Below, piece after piece: positions 46,601-61,600 of a DNA stretch of 64,000 nt; the first letter of the stretch is position 1, and each line of letters starts with the position of its first letter. The stretch is from Nemertoderma westbladi (lineage: Eukaryota; Animalia; Xenacoelomorpha), in assembly GCA_032718475.1 (NCBI GenBank), contig JAUCBJ010002315.1, positions 1 to 64,000 on the forward strand, read 5' to 3'. Under the pieces are notes generated by a model. It was not told the origin of the DNA, searched no databases, and saw only the letters and a list, made by a program, of their open reading frames with translations. The translations under genes and the position numbers were made by a program.

Positions 46601-49600
46601 AGTTTGGGTTACAGTGCTATAGTTTGGGTTACAGTGCTGTAGTTTGGGTTACAGTGCTATAGTTTGGGTTGTAGTGGTGTGTGTTTGGGTTACAGTGCTA
46701 TAGTTTGGGTTACAGTGCTATAGTTTGGGTTACAGTGCTGTAGTTTGGGTTACAGTGCTATAGTTTGGGTTACAGTGCTATAGTTTGGGTTACAGTGCTA
46801 TAGTTTGGGTTACAGTGCTGTAGTTTGGGTTACAGTGCTATAGTTTGGGTTGTAGTGGTGTGTGTTTGGGTTACAGTGCTATAGTTTGGGTTACAGTGCT
46901 ATAGTTTGGGTAGCAGCGGTACGTGTTTGGGTTACAGTGCTATAGTTTGGGTTACAGTGCTATAGTTTGGGTTACAGTGCTGTAGTTTGGGTTACAGTGC
47001 TATAGTTTGGGTTGTAGTGGTGTGTGTTTGGGTTACAGTGCTATAGTTTGGGTTACAGTGCTATATGTTGGGTTACAGTGCTATAGTTTGGGTTACAGTG
47101 CTATAGTTTGGGTTGTAGTGGTGTGTGTTTGGGTTACAGTGCTATAGTTTGGGTTACAGTGCTATAGTTTGGGTTACAGTGCTATAGTTTGGGTTACAGT
47201 GCTGTAGTTTGGGTTACAGTGCTATAGTTTGGGTTGTAGTGGTGTGTGTTTGGGTTACAGTGCTATAGTTTGGGTTGTAGTGGTGTGTGTTTGGGTTACA
47301 GTGCTATAGTTTGGGTTGTAGTGGTGTGTGTTTGGGTTACAGTGCTATAGTTTGGGTTACAGTGCTATAGTTTGGGTTACAGTGCTATAGTTTGGGTTAC
47401 AGTGCTATAGTTTGGGTTACAGTGCTATAGTTTGGGTTACAGTGCTATAGTTTGGGTTACAGTGCTATAGTTTGGGTAGCAGCGGTACGTGTTTGGGTTA
47501 CAGTGCTATAGTTTGGGTAGCAGCGGTACGTGTTTGGGTTACAGTGCTATAGTTTGGGTTGTAGTGGTGTGTGTTTGGGTTACAGTGCTATAGTTTGGGT
47601 TACAGTGCTATAGTTTGGGTTACAGTGCTATAGTTTGGGTTACAGTGCTGTAGTTTGGGTTACAGTGCTATAGTTTGGGTTGTAGTGGTGTGTGTTTGGG
47701 TTACAGTGCTATAGTTTGGGTTACAGTGCTATAGTTTGGGTTACAGTGCTATAGTTTGGGTTACAGTGCTATAGTTTGGGTTACAGTGCTATAGTTTGGG
47801 TTACAGTGCTATAGTTTGGGTAGCAGCGGTACGTGTTTGGGTTACAGTGCTATAGTTTGGGTAGCAGCGGTACGTGTTTGGGTTACAGTGCTGTAGTTTG
47901 GGTTACAGTGCTATAGTTTGGGTTGTAGTGGTGTGTGTTTGGGTTACAGTGCTATAGTTTGGGTTACAGTGCTATAGTTTGGGTTACAGTGCTATAGTTT
48001 GGGTTACAGTGCTGTAGTTTGGGTTACAGTGCTATAGTTTGGGTTGTAGTGGTGTGTGTTTGGGTTACAGTGCTATAGTTTGGGTTACAGTGCTATAGTT
48101 TGGGTTACAGTGCTATAGTTTGGGTTACAGTGCTATAGTTTGGGTAGCAGCGGTACGTGTTTGGGTTACAGTGCTATAGTTTGGGTAGCAGCGGTACGTG
48201 TTTGGGTTACAGTGCTATAGTTTGGGTTACAGTGCTATAGTTTGGGTTACAGTGCTATAGTTTGGGTTACAGTGCTATAGTTTGGGTTGTAGTGGTGTGT
48301 GTTTGGGTTACAGTGCTATAGTTTGGGTTACAGTGCTATAGTTTGGGTTGTAGTGGTGTGTGTTTGGGTTACAGTGCTATAGTTTGGGTTGTAGTGGTGT
48401 GTGTTTGGGTTACAGTGCTATAGTTTGGGTTACAGTGCTATAGTTTGGGTTACAGTGCTATAGTTTGGGTTACAGTGCTATAGTTTGGGTTACAGTGCTA
48501 TAGTTTGGGTTACAGTGCTATAGTTTGGGTAGCAGCGGTACGTGTTTGGGTTACAGTGCTATAGTTTGGGTAGCAGCGGTACGTGTTTGGGTTACAGTGC
48601 TATAGTTTGGGTTACAGTGCTATAGTTTGGGTTACAGTGCTATAGTTTGGGTTACAGTGCTATAGTTTGGGTTGTAGTGGTGTGTGTTTGGGTTACAGTG
48701 CTATAGTTTGGGTTGTAGTGGTGTGTGTTTGGGTTACAGTGCTATAGTTTGGGTTACAGTGCTATAGTTTGGGTTACAGTGCTATAGTTTGGGTTACAGT
48801 GCTATAGTTTGGGTTACAGTGCTATAGTTTGGGTTACAGTGCTATAGTTTGGGTTACAGTGCTATAGTTTGGGTTACAGTGCTATAGTTTGGGTAGCAGC
48901 GGTACGTGTTTGGGTTACAGTGCTATAGTTTGGGTAGCAGCGGTACGTGTTTGGGTTACAGTGCTGTAGTTTGGGTTACAGTGCTATAGTTTGGGTTGTA
49001 GTGGTGTGTGTTTGGGTTACAGTGCTATAGTTTGGGTTACAGTGCTATAGTTTGGGTTACAGTGCTATAGTTTGGGTTACAGTGCTGTAGTTTGGGTTAC
49101 AGTGCTATAGTTTGGGTTGTAGTGGTGTGTGTTTGGGTTACAGTGCTATAGTTTGGGTTACAGTGCTATAGTTTGGGTTACAGTGCTATAGTTTGGGTTA
49201 CAGTGCTATAGTTTGGGTAGCAGCGGTACGTGTTTGGGTTACAGTGCTATAGTTTGGGTAGCAGCGGTACGTGTTTGGGTTACAGTGCTATAGTTTGGGT
49301 TACAGTGCTATAGTTTGGGTTACAGTGCTATAGTTTGGGTTACAGTGCTATAGTTTGGGTTGTAGTGGTGTGTGTTTGGGTTACAGTGCTATAGTTTGGG
49401 TTACAGTGCTATAGTTTGGGTTGTAGTGGTGTGTGTTTGGGTTACAGTGCTATAGTTTGGGTTGTAGTGGTGTGTGTTTGGGTTACAGTGCTATAGTTTG
49501 GGTTACAGTGCTATAGTTTGGGTTACAGTGCTATAGTTTGGGTTACAGTGCTATAGTTTGGGTTACAGTGCTATAGTTTGGGTTACAGTGCTATAGTTTG

Positions 49601-52600
49601 GGTAGCAGCGGTACGTGTTTGGGTTACAGTGCTATAGTTTGGGTAGCAGCGGTACGTGTTTGGGTTACAGTGCTATAGTTTGGGTTACAGTGCTATAGTT
49701 TGGGTTACAGTGCTATAGTTTGGGTTACAGTGCTATAGTTTGGGTTGTAGTGGTGTGTGTTTGGGTTACAGTGCTATAGTTTGGGTTACAGTGCTATAGT
49801 TTGGGTTGTAGTGGTGTGTGTTTGGGTTACAGTGCTATAGTTTGGGTTGTAGTGGTGTGTGTTTGGGTTACAGTGCTATAGTTTGGGTTACAGTGCTATA
49901 GTTTGGGTTACAGTGCTATAGTTTGGGTTGTAGTGGTGTGTGTTTGTGTTACAGTGCTATAGTTTGGGTTACAGTGCTATAGTTTGGGTTGTAGTGGTGT
50001 GTGTTTGGGTTACAGTGCTATAGTTTGGGTTGTAGTGGTGTGTGTTTGGGTTACAGTGCTATAGTTTGGGTTGTAGTGGTGTGTGTTTGGGTTACAGTGC
50101 TATAGTTCGGGTTACAGTGCTATAGTTTGGGTTACAGTGCTATAGTTTGGGTTACAGTGCTATAGTTTGGGTTACAGTGCTATAGTTTGGGTTACAGTGC
50201 TATAGTTTGGGTTACAGTGCTATAGTTTGGGTTACAGTGCTATAGTTTGGGTAGCAGCGGTACGTGTTTGGGTTACAGTGCTATAGTTTGGGTAGCAGCG
50301 GTACGTGTTTGGGTTACAGTGCTATAGTTTGGGTTGTAGTGGTGTGTGTTTGGGTTACAGTGCTATAGTTTGGGTTACAGTGCTATAGTTTGGGTTGTAG
50401 TGGTGTGTGTTTGGGTTACAGTGCTATAGTTTGGGTTACAGTGCTATAGTTTGGGTAGCAGCGGTACGTGTTTGGGTTACAGTGCTATAGTTTGGGTAGC
50501 AGCGGTACGTGTTTGGGTTACAGTCCTATAGTTTGGGTTGTAGTGGTGTGTGTTTGGGTTACAGTGCTATAGTTTGGGTTACAGTGCTATAGTTTGGGTT
50601 GTAGTGGTGTGTCTTTGGGTTACAGTGCTATCGTTTGGGTTACAGTGCTATAGTTTGGGTTATAGTGCTATAGTTTGGGTTGTAGTGGTGTGTGTTTGGG
50701 TTACAGTGCTATAGTTTGGGTTACAGTGGTGTGTGTTTGGGTTACAGTGCTATAGTTTGGGTTACAGTGCTATAGTTTGGGTTGTAGTGGTGTGTGTTTG
50801 GGTTACAGTGCTATAGTTTGGGTTACAGTGCTATAGTTTGGGTTGTAGTGGTGTGTGTTTGGGTTACAGTGCTATAGTTTGGGTTACAGTGCTATAGTTT
50901 GGGTTGTAGTGGTGTGTCTTTGGGTTACAGTGCTATCGTTTGGGTTACAGTGCTATAGTTTGGGTTACAGTGCTATAGTTTGGGTTACAGTGCTATAGTT
51001 TGGGTTGTAGTGGTGTGTGTTTGGGTTACAGTGCTATAGTTTGGGTTACAGTGGTGTGTGTTTGGGTTACAGTGCTATAGTTTGGGTTACAGTGCTATAG
51101 TTTGGGTTGTAGTGGTGTGTGTTTGGGTTACAGTGCTATAGTTTGGGTTACAGTGCTATAGTTTGGGTTACAGTGCTATAGTTTGGGTTACAGTGCTATA
51201 GTTTGGGTTGTAGTGGTGTGTGTTTGGGTTACAGTGCTATAGTTTGGGTTACAGTGCTATAGTTTGGGTTGTAGTGGTGTGTGTTTGGGTTACAGTGCTA
51301 TAGTTTGGGTTACAGTGCTATAGTTTGGGTAGCAGCGGTACGTGTATGGGATACAGTGCTATAGTTTGGGTTACAGTGCTATAGTTTGGGTTACAGTGCT
51401 ATAGTTTGGGTTGTAGTGGTGTGTGTTTGGGTTACAGTGCTATAGTTTGGGTTACAGTGCTATAGTTTGGGTTGTAGTGGTGTGTGTTTGGGTTACAGTG
51501 CTATAGTTTGGGTTACAGTGCTATATGTTGGGTTACAGTGCTATAGTTTGGGTTGTAGTGGTGTGTGTTTGGGTTACAGTGCTATAGTTTGGGTTGTAGT
51601 GGTGTGTGTTTGGGTTACAGTGCTATAGTTTGGGTTGTAGTGGTGTGTGTTTGGGTTACAGTGCTATAGTTTGGGTTACAGTGCTATAGTTTGGGTTGTA
51701 GTGGTGTGTGTTTGGGTTACAGTGCTATAGTTTGGGTTGTAGTGGTGTGTGTTTGGGTTACAGTGCTATAGTTTGGGTTGTAGTGGTGTGTGTTTGGGTT
51801 ACAGTGCTATAGTTTGGGTTGTAGTGCTATAGTTTGGGTTACAGTGCTATAGTTTGGGTTGTAGTGGTGTGTGTTTGGGTTACAGTGCTATAGTTTGGGT
51901 TACAGTGCTATAGTTTGGGTAGCAGCGGTACGTGTATGGGTTACAGTGCTATAGTTTGGGTTACAGTACTATAGTTTGGGTTACAGTGCTATAGTTTGGG
52001 TTACAGTGCTATAGTTTGGGTAGCAGCGGTACGTGTTTGGGTTACAGTGCTATAATTTGGGTTACAGTGCTATAGTTTGGGATACAGTGCTATAGTTTGG
52101 GTTGTAGTGGTGTGTGTTTGGGTTACAGTGCTATAGTTTGGGTTACAGTGCTATAGTTTGGGTTACAGTGCTATAGTTTGGGTTACAGTGCTATAGTTTG
52201 GGTTGTAGTGGTGTGTGTTTGGGTTACAGTGCTATAGTTTGGGTTACAGTGCTATAGTTTGGGTTACAGTGGTGTGTGTTTGGGTTACAGTGCTATAGTT
52301 TGGGTTACAGTGCTATAGTTTGGGTTACAGTGGTGTGTGTTTGGGTTACAGTGCTATAGTTTGGGTTACAGTGGTGTGTGTATGGGATACAGTGCTATAG
52401 TTTGGGTTGTAGTGGTGTGTGTTTGGGTTACAGTGCTATAGTTTGGGTTACAGTGGTGTGTGTTTGGGTTACAGTGCTATAGTTTGGGTTACAGTGCTAT
52501 AGTTTGGGTTACAGTGCTATAGTTTGGGTTGTAGTGGTGTGTGTTTGGGTTACAGTGCTATAGTTTGGGTTACAGTGGTGTGTGTTTGGGTTACAGTGCT

Positions 52601-55600
52601 ATAGTTTGGGTTACAGTGCTATAGTTTGGGTTACAGTGCTATAGTTTGGGTAGCAGCGGTACGTGTTTGGGTTACAGTGCTATAGTTTGGGTTGTAGTGG
52701 TGTGTGTTTGGGTTACAGTGCTATAGTTTGGGTTGTAGTGGTGTGTGTTTGGGTTACAGTGCTATAGTTTGGGTTACAGTGGTGTGTGTTTGGGTTACAG
52801 TGCTATAGTTTGGGTTACAGTGCTATAGTTTGGGTTACAGTGCTATAGTTTGGGTTACAGTGCTATAGTTTGGGTTACAGTGCTATAGTTTGGGTAGCAG
52901 CGGTACGTGTTTGGGTTACAGTGCTATAGTTTGGGTTGTAGTGGTGTGTGTTTGGGTTACAGTGCTATAGTTTGGGTTGTAGTGGTGTGTGTTTGGGTTA
53001 CAGTGCTATAGTTTGGGTTACAGTGGTGTGTGTTTGGGTTACAGTGCTATAGTTTGGGTTACAGTGCTATAGTTTGGGTTACAGTGCTATAGTTTGGGTT
53101 GTAGTGGTGTGTGTTTGGGTTACAGTGCTATAGTTTGGGTTACAGTGCTATAGTTTGGGTTACAGTGCTATAGTTTGGGTTACAGTGCTATAGTTTGGGT
53201 TGTAGTGGTGTGTGTTTGGGTTACAGTGCTATAGTTTGGGTTACAGTGCTATAGTTTGGGTTACAGTGCTATAGTTTGGGTAGCAGCGGTACGTGTTTGG
53301 GTTACAGTGCTATAGTTTGGGTAGCAGCGGTACGTGTTTGGGTTACAGTGCTATAGTTTGGGTTGTAGTGGTGTGTGTTTGGGTTACAGTGCTATAGTTT
53401 GGGTTACAGTGCTATAGTTTGGGTTGTAGTGGTGTGTGTTTGGGTTACAGTGCTATAGTTTGGGTTACAGTGCTATAGTTTGGGTTACAGTGCTATAGTT
53501 TGGGTTGTAGTGGTGTGTGTTTGGGTTACAGTGCTATAGTTTGGGTTACAGTGGTGTGTGTTTGGGTTACAGTGCTATAGTTTGGGTTACAGTGCTATAG
53601 TTTGGGTTGTAGTGGTGTGTGTTTGGGTTACAGTGCTATAGTTTGGGTTACAGTGCTATAGTTTGGGTTACAGTGCTATAGTTTGGGTTACAGTGCTATA
53701 GTTTGGGTTGTAGTGGTGTGTGTTTGGGTTACAGTGCTATAGTTTGGGTTACAGTGCTATAGTTTGGGTTACAGTGCTATAGTTTGGGTTGTAGTGGTGT
53801 GTGTTTGGGTTACAGTGCTATAGTTTGGGTTACAGTGCTATAGTTTGGGTTACAGTGCTATAGTTTGGGTTGTAGTGGTGTGTGTTTGGGTTACAGTGCT
53901 ATAGTTTGGGTTACAGTGGTGTGTGTTTGGGTTACAGTGCTATAGTTTGGGTTACAGTGCTATAGTTTGGGTTGTAGTGGTGTGTGTTTGGGTTACAGTG
54001 CTATAGTTTGGGTTACAGTGCTATAGTTTGGGTTACAGTGCTATAGTTTGGGTTACAGTGCTATAGTTTGGGTTACAGTGCTATAGTTTGGGTTACAGTG
54101 CTATAGTTTGGGTTACAGTGCTATAGTTTGGGTTACAGTGCTATAGTTTGGGTTACAGTTCTATAGTTTGGGTTGTAGTGGTGTGTGTTTGGGTTACAGT
54201 GCTATAGTTTGGGTTACAGTGCTATAGTTTGGGTTACAGTGCTATAGTTTGGGTTACAGTGCTATAGTTTGGGTTGTAGTGGTGTGTGTTTGGGTTACAG
54301 TGCTATAGTTTGGGTTACAGTGGTGTGTGTTTGGGTTACAGTGCTATAGTTTGGGTTACAGTGCTATAGTTTGGGTTGTAGTGGTGTGTGTTTGGGTTAC
54401 AGTGCTATAGTTTGGGTTACAGTGCTATAGTTTGGGTTACAGTGCTATAGTTTGGGTTACAGTGCTATAGTTTGGGTTGTAGTGGTGTGTGTTTGGGTTA
54501 CAGTGCTATAGTTTGGGTTACAGTGCTATAGTTTGGGTTGTAGTGGTGTGTGTTTGGGTTACAGTGCTATAGTTTGGGTTACAGTGCTATAGTTTGGGTA
54601 GCAGCGGTACGTGTATGGGATACAGTGCTATAGTTTGGGTAGCAGCGGTACGTGTTTGGGTTACAGTGCTATAGTTTGGGTTACAGTGCTATAGTTTGGG
54701 ATACAGTGCTATAGTTTGGGTTGTAGTGGTGTGTCTTTGGGTTACAGTGCTATAGTTTGGGTTACAGTGCTATAGTTTGGGTTACAGTGCTATAGTTTGG
54801 GTTACAGTGCTATAGTTTGGGTTACAGTGCTATAGTTTGGGTTACAGTGCTATAGTTTGGGTTACAGTGCTATAGTTTGGGTTACAGTGCTGTAGTTTGG
54901 GTTACAGTGCTATAGTTTGGGTTGTAGTGGTGTGTGTTTGGGTTACAGTGCTATAGTTTGGGTTACAGTGGTGTGTGTTTGGGTTACAGTGCTATAGTTT
55001 GGGTTACAGTGCTATAGTTTGGGTTGTAGTGGTGTGTGTTTGGGTTACAGTGCTATAGTTTGGGTTACAGTGCTATAGTTTGGGTTACAGTGCTATAGTT
55101 TGGGTTACAGTGCTATAGTTTGGGTAGCAGCGGTACGTGTTTGGGTTACAGTGCTATAGTTTGGGTTGTAGTGGTGTGTCTTTGGGTTACAGTGCTATAG
55201 TTTGGGTTACAGTGCTATAGTTTGGGTTACAGTGCTATAGTTTGGGTTACAGTGGTGTGTGTTTGGGTTACAGTGCTATAGTTTGGGTTACAGTGCTATA
55301 GTTTGGGTTACAGTGGTGTGTGTTTGGGTTACAGTGCTATAGTTTGGGTTACAGTGCTATAGTTTGGGTTACAGTGCTATAGTTTGGGTTGTAGTGGTGT
55401 GTGTTTGGGTTACAGTGCTATAGTTTGGGTTACAGTGCTATAGTTTGGGTTACAGTGCTATAGTTTGGGTTACAGTGCTATAGTTTGGGTTGTAGTGGTG
55501 TGTGTTTGGGTTACAGTGCTATAGTTTGGGTTACAGTGCTATAGTTTGGGTTACAGTGCTATAGTTTGGGTTGTAGTGGTGTGTGTTTGGGTTACAGTGC

Positions 55601-58600
55601 TATAGTTTGGGTTACAGTGCTATAGTTTGGGTTACAGTGCTATAGTTTGGGTTACAGTGCTATAGTTTGGGTTACAGTGCTATAGTTTGGGTTGTAGTGG
55701 TGTGTGTTTGGGTTACAGTGCTATAGTTTGGGTTACAGTGCTATAGTTTGGGTTACAGTGCTATAGTTTTGGTTACAGTTCTATAGTTTGGGTTGTAGTG
55801 GTGTGTGTTTGGGTTACAGTTCTATAGTTTGGGTTGTAGTGGTGTGTGTTTGGGTTACAGTGCTATAGTTTGGGTTACAGTGCTATAGTTTGGGTTACAG
55901 TGCTATAGTTTGGGTAGCAGCGGTACGTGTTTGGGTTACAGTGCTATAGTTTGGGTTAGCAGCGGTACGTGTTTGGGTTACAGTGCTATAGTTTGGGTAG
56001 CAGCGGTACGTGTTTGGGTTACAGTGCTATAGTTTGGGTAGCAGCGGTACGTGTTTGGGTTACAGTGCTATAGTTTGGGTTACAGTGCTATAGTTTGGGT
56101 TACAGTGCTATAGTTTGGGTTGTAGTGCTATAGTTTGGGTTACAGTGCTATAGTTTGGGTAGCAGCGGTACGTGTTTGGGTTACAGTGCTATAGTTTGGG
56201 TTACAGTGCTATAGTTTGGGTAGCAGCGGTACGTGTTTGGGTTACAGTGCTATAGTTTGGGTAGCAGCGGTACGTGTATGGGATACAGTGCTATAGTTTG
56301 GGTTGTAGTGGTGTGTGTTTGGGTTACAGTGCTATAGTTTGGGTTACAGTGCTATAGTTTGGGTTACAGTGCTATAGTTTGGGTAGCAGCGGTACGTGTA
56401 TGGGATACAGTGCTATAGTTTGGGTTGTAGTGGTGTGTCTTTGGGTTACAGTGCTATAGTTTGGGTTACAGTGCTATAGTTTGGGTTACAGTGCTATAGT
56501 TTGGGTAGCAGCGGTACGTGTTTGGGTTACAGTGCTATAGTTTGGGTTACAGTGCTATAGTTTGGGTAGCAGCGGTACGTGTTTGGGTTACAGTGCTATA
56601 GTTTGGGTTACAGTGCTATAGTTTGGGTAGCAGCGGTACGTGTTTGGGTTACAGTGCTATAGTTTGGGTTACAGTGCTATAGTTTGGGTAGCAGCGGTAC
56701 GTGTTTGGGTTACAGTGCTATAGTTTGGGTTACAGTGCTATAGTTTGGGTAGCAGCGGTACGTGTTTGGGTTACAGTGCTATAGTTTGGGTTACAGTGCT
56801 ATAGTTTGGGTTGTAGTGGTGTGTGTTTGGGTTACAGTGCTATAGTTTGGGTTACAGTGCTATAGTTTGGGTTACAGTGCTATAGTTTGGGTTGTAGTGG
56901 TGTGTGTTTGGAATACAGTGCTATAGTTTGGGTTGTAGTGGTGTGTGTTTGGGTTACAGTGCTATAGTTTGGGTTGTAGTGGTACGTGTTTGGGTTACAG
57001 TGCTATAGTTTGGGTTACAGTGCTATAGTTTGGGTAGCAGCGGTACGTGTTTGGGTTACAGTGCTATAGTTTGGGTTGTAGTGGTGTGTGTTTGGGTTAC
57101 AGTGCTATAGTTTGGCTTACAGTGCTATAGTTTGGGTTACAGTGCTATAGTTTGGGTTACAGTGCTATAGTTTGGGTTACAGTGCTATAGTTTGGGTTAC
57201 AGTGCTATAGTTTGGGTTACAGAGCTATAGTTTGGGTAGCAGCGGTACGTGTTTGGGTTACAGTGCTATAGTTTGGGTTGTAGTGGTGTGTGTTTGGGTT
57301 ACAGTGCTATAGTTTGGCTTACAGTGCTATAGTTTGGGTTACAGTGCTATAGTTTGGGTTACAGTGCTATAGTTTGGGTTACAGTGCTATAGTTTGGGTT
57401 GTAGTGGTGTGTCTTTGGGTTACAGTACTATAGTTTGGGTTACAGTGCTATAGTTTGGGTAGCAGCGGTACGTGTTTGGGTTACAGTGCTATAGTTTGGG
57501 TTGTAGTGGTGTGTGTTTGGGTTACAGTGCTATAGTTTGGGTTACAGTGCTATAGTTTGGGTTACAGTGCTATAGTTTGGGTAGCAGCGGTACGTGTTTG
57601 GGTTACAGTGCTATAGTTTGGGTTGTAGTGGTGTGTGTTTGGGTTACAGTGCTATAGTTTGGGTTACAGTGCTATAGTTTGGGTTACAGTGCTATAGTTT
57701 GGGTTGTAGTGGTGTGTGTTTGGGTTACAGTGCTATAGTTTGGGTTACAGTGCTATAGTTTGGGTTACAGTGCTATAGTTTGGGTTACAGTGCTATAGTT
57801 TGGGTTACAGTGCTATAGTTTGGGTTGTAGTGGTGTGTCTTTGTGTTACAGTACTATAGTTTGGGTTACAGTGCTATAGTTTGGGTAGCAGCGGTACGTG
57901 TTTGGGTTACAGTGCTATAGTTTGGGTTGTAGTGGTGTGTGTTTGGGTTACAGTGCTATAGTTTGGGTTACAGTGCTATAGTTTGGGTTACAGTGCTATA
58001 GTTTGGGTAGCAGCGGTACGTGTTTGGGTTACAGTGCTATAGTTTGGGTTACAGTGCTATAGTTTGGGTAGCAGCGGTACGTGTTTGGGTTACAGTGCTA
58101 TAATTTGGGTTACAGTGCTATAGTTTGGGTTACAGTGCTATAGTTTGGGTTGTAGTGGTGTGTCTTTGGGTTACAGTGCTATAGTTTGGGTTACAGTGCT
58201 GTAGTTTGGGTTACAGTGCTATAGTTTGGGTTGTAGTGGTGTGTCTTTGGGTTACAGTGCTATAGTTTGGGTTACAGTGCTATAGTTTGGGTTACAGTGC
58301 TATAGTTTGGGTTACAGTGCTATAGTTTGGGTTGTAGTGGTGTGTCTTTGGGTTACAGTGCTATAGTTTGGGTTACAGTGCTATAGTTTGGGTTACAGTG
58401 CTATAGTTTGGGTTACAGTGCTATAGTTTGGGTAGCAGCGGTACGTGTTTGGGTTACAGTGCTATAGTTTGGGTTACAGTGCTATAGTTTGGGTTACAGT
58501 GCTATAGTTTGGGTTGTAGTGGTGTGTGTTTGGGTTACAGTGCTATAGTTTGGGTTACAGTGCTGTAGTTTGGGTAGCAGCGGTACGTGTTTGGGTTACA

Positions 58601-61600
58601 GTGCTATAGTTTGGGTTACAGTGCTATAGTTTGGGTAGCAGCGGTACGTGTTTGGGTTACAGTGCTATAGTTTGGGTTACAGTGCTATAGTTTGGGTTAC
58701 AGTGCTATAGTTTGGGTTGTAGTGGTGTGTGTTTGGGTTACAGTGCTATAGTTTGGGTTACAGTGCTATAGTTTGGGTTACAGTGCTATAGTTTGGGTTA
58801 CAGTGCTATAGTTTGGGTTGTAGTGGTGTGTCTTTGGGTTACAGTGCTATAGTTTGGGTTGTAGTGGTGTTTGTTTGGGTTACAGTGCTATAGTTTGGGT
58901 TACAGTGCTATAGTTTGGGTTACAGTGCTATAGTTTGGGTTACAGTGCTATAGTTTGGGTTACAGTGCTATAGTTTGGGTTGTAGTGGTGTGTCTTTGGG
59001 TTACAGTGCTATAGTTTGGGTTGTAGTGGTGTTTGTTTGGGTTACAGTGCTATAGTTTGGGTTACAGTGCTATAGTTTGGGTAGCAGCGGTACGTGTTTG
59101 GGTTACAGTGCTATAGTTTGGGTTACAGTGCTATAGTTTGGGTTACAGTGCTATAGTTTGGGTTGTAGTGGTGTGTGTTTGGGTTACAGTGCTATAGTTT
59201 GGGTTACAGTGCTGTAGTTTGGGTAGCAGCGGTACGTGTTTGGGTTACAGTGCTATAGTTTGGGTTACAGTGCTATAGTTTGGGTAGCAGCGGTACGTGT
59301 TTGGGTTACAGTGCTATAGTTTGGGTTACAGTGCTATAGTTTGGGTAGCAGCGGTACGTGTTTGGGTTACAGTGCTATAGTTTGGGTTACAGTGCTATAG
59401 TTTGGGTAGCAGCGGTACGTGTTTGGGTTACAGTGCTATAGTTTGGGTTACAGTGCTATAGTTTGGGTAGCAGCGGTACGTGTTTGGGTTACAGTGCTAT
59501 AATTTGGGTTACAGTGCTATAATTTGGGTTACAGTGCTATAGTTTGGGTTGTAGTGGTGTGTGTTTGGGTTACAGTGCTATAGTTTGGGTAGCAGCGGTA
59601 CGTGTTTGGGTTACAGTGCTATAGTTTGGGTTACAGTGCTATAGTTTGGGTAGCAGCGGTACGTGTTTGGGTTACAGTGCTATAGTTTGGGTTACAGTGC
59701 TATAGTTTGGGTAGCAGCGGTACGTGTTTGGGTTACAGTGCTATAGTTTGGGTTACAGTGCTATAGTTTGGGTAGCAGCGGTACGTGTTTGGGTTACAGT
59801 GCTATAGTTTGGGTTACAGTGCTATAGTTTGGGTAGCAGCGGTACGTGTTTGGGTTACAGTGCTATAGTTTGGGTTACAGTGCTATAGTTTGGGTAGCAG
59901 CGGTACGTGTTTGGGTTACAGTGCTATAGTTTGGGTTACAGTGCTATAGTTTGGGTAGCAGCGGTACGTGTTTGGGTTACAGTGCTATAGTTTGGGTTAC
60001 AGTGCTATAGTTTGGGTTACAGTGCTATAGTTTGGGTTACAGTGCTATAGTTTGGGTTACAGTGCTATAGTTTGGGTTACAGTGCTATAGTTTGGGTTAC
60101 AGTGCTATAGTTTGGGTAGCAGCGGTACGTGTTTGGGTTACAGTGCTATAGTTAGAGTAGCAGCGGTACGTGTTTGGGTTACAGTGCTATAGTTTGGGTT
60201 ACAGTGCTATAGTTTGGGTTACAGTGCTATAGTTTGGGTTACAGTGCTATAGTTTGGGTTACAGTGCTATAGTTTGGGTAGCAGCGGTACGTGTTTGGGT
60301 TACAGTGCTATAGTTTGGGTTACAGTGCTATAGTTTGGGTTACAGTGCTATAGTTTGGGTTACAGTGCTATAGTTTGGGTTACAGTGCTATAGTTTGGGT
60401 TACAGTGCTATAGTTTGGGTTACAGTGCTATAGTTTGGGTTACAGTGCTATAGTTTGGGTTACAGTGCTATAGTTTGGGTAGCAGCGGTACGTGTTTGGG
60501 TTACAGTGCTATAGTTTGGGTTACAGTGCTATAGTTTGGGTAGCAGCGGTACGTGTTTGGGTTACAGTGCTATAGTTTGGGTTACAGTGCTATAGTTTGG
60601 GTTGTAGTGGTGTGTGTTTGGGTTACAGTGCTATAGTTCGGGTTACAGTGCTATAGTTTGGGTTACAGTGCTATAGTTTGGGTAGCAGCGGTACGTGTTT
60701 GGGTTACAGTGCTATAGTTTGGGTTACAGTGCTATAGTTTGGGTTACAGTGCTATAGTTTGGGTAGCAGCGGTACGTGTATGGGATACAGTGCTATAGTT
60801 TGGGTTGTAGTGCTATAATTTGGGTTACAGTGCTATAGTTTGGGTTGTAGTGGTGTGTGTTTGGGTTACAGTGCTATAGTTTGGGTTGTAGTGGTGTGTG
60901 TTTGGGTTACAGTGCTATAGTTTGGGTTACAGTGCTATAGTTTGGGTTACAGTGCTATAGTTTGGGTTACAGTGCTATAGTTTGGGTTGTAGTGGTGTGT
61001 GTTTGGGTTACAGTGCTATAGTTTGGGTTACAGTGCTATAGTTTGGGTAGCAGCGGTACGTGTTTGGGTTACAGTGCTATAGTTTGGGTAGCAGCGGTAC
61101 GTGTTTGGGTTACAGTGCTATAGTTTGGGTTACAGTGCTATAGTTTGGGTTACAGTGCTATAGTTTGGGTTGTAGTGGTGTGTGTTTGGGTTACAGTGCT
61201 ATAGTTTGGGTTACAGTGCTATAGTTTGGGTTACAGTGCTATAGTTTGGGTTACAGTGCTATAGTTTGGGTAGCAGCGGTACGTGTTTGGGTTACAGTGC
61301 TATAGTTTGGGTTACAGTGCTATAGTTTGGGTTACAGTGCTATAGTTTGGGTTGTAGTGGTGTGTGTTTGGGTTACAGTGCTATAGTTTGGGTTACAGTG
61401 CTATAGTTTGGGTTACAGTGCTATAGTTTGGGTTACAGTGCTATAGTTTGGGTTACAGTGCTATAGTTTGGGTTACAGTGCTATAGTTTGGGTAGCAGCG
61501 GTACGTGTTTGGGTTACAGTGCTATAGTTTGGGTTACAGTGCTATAGTTTGGGTTACAGTGCTATAGTTTGGGTTACAGTGCTATAGTTTGGGTTACAGT

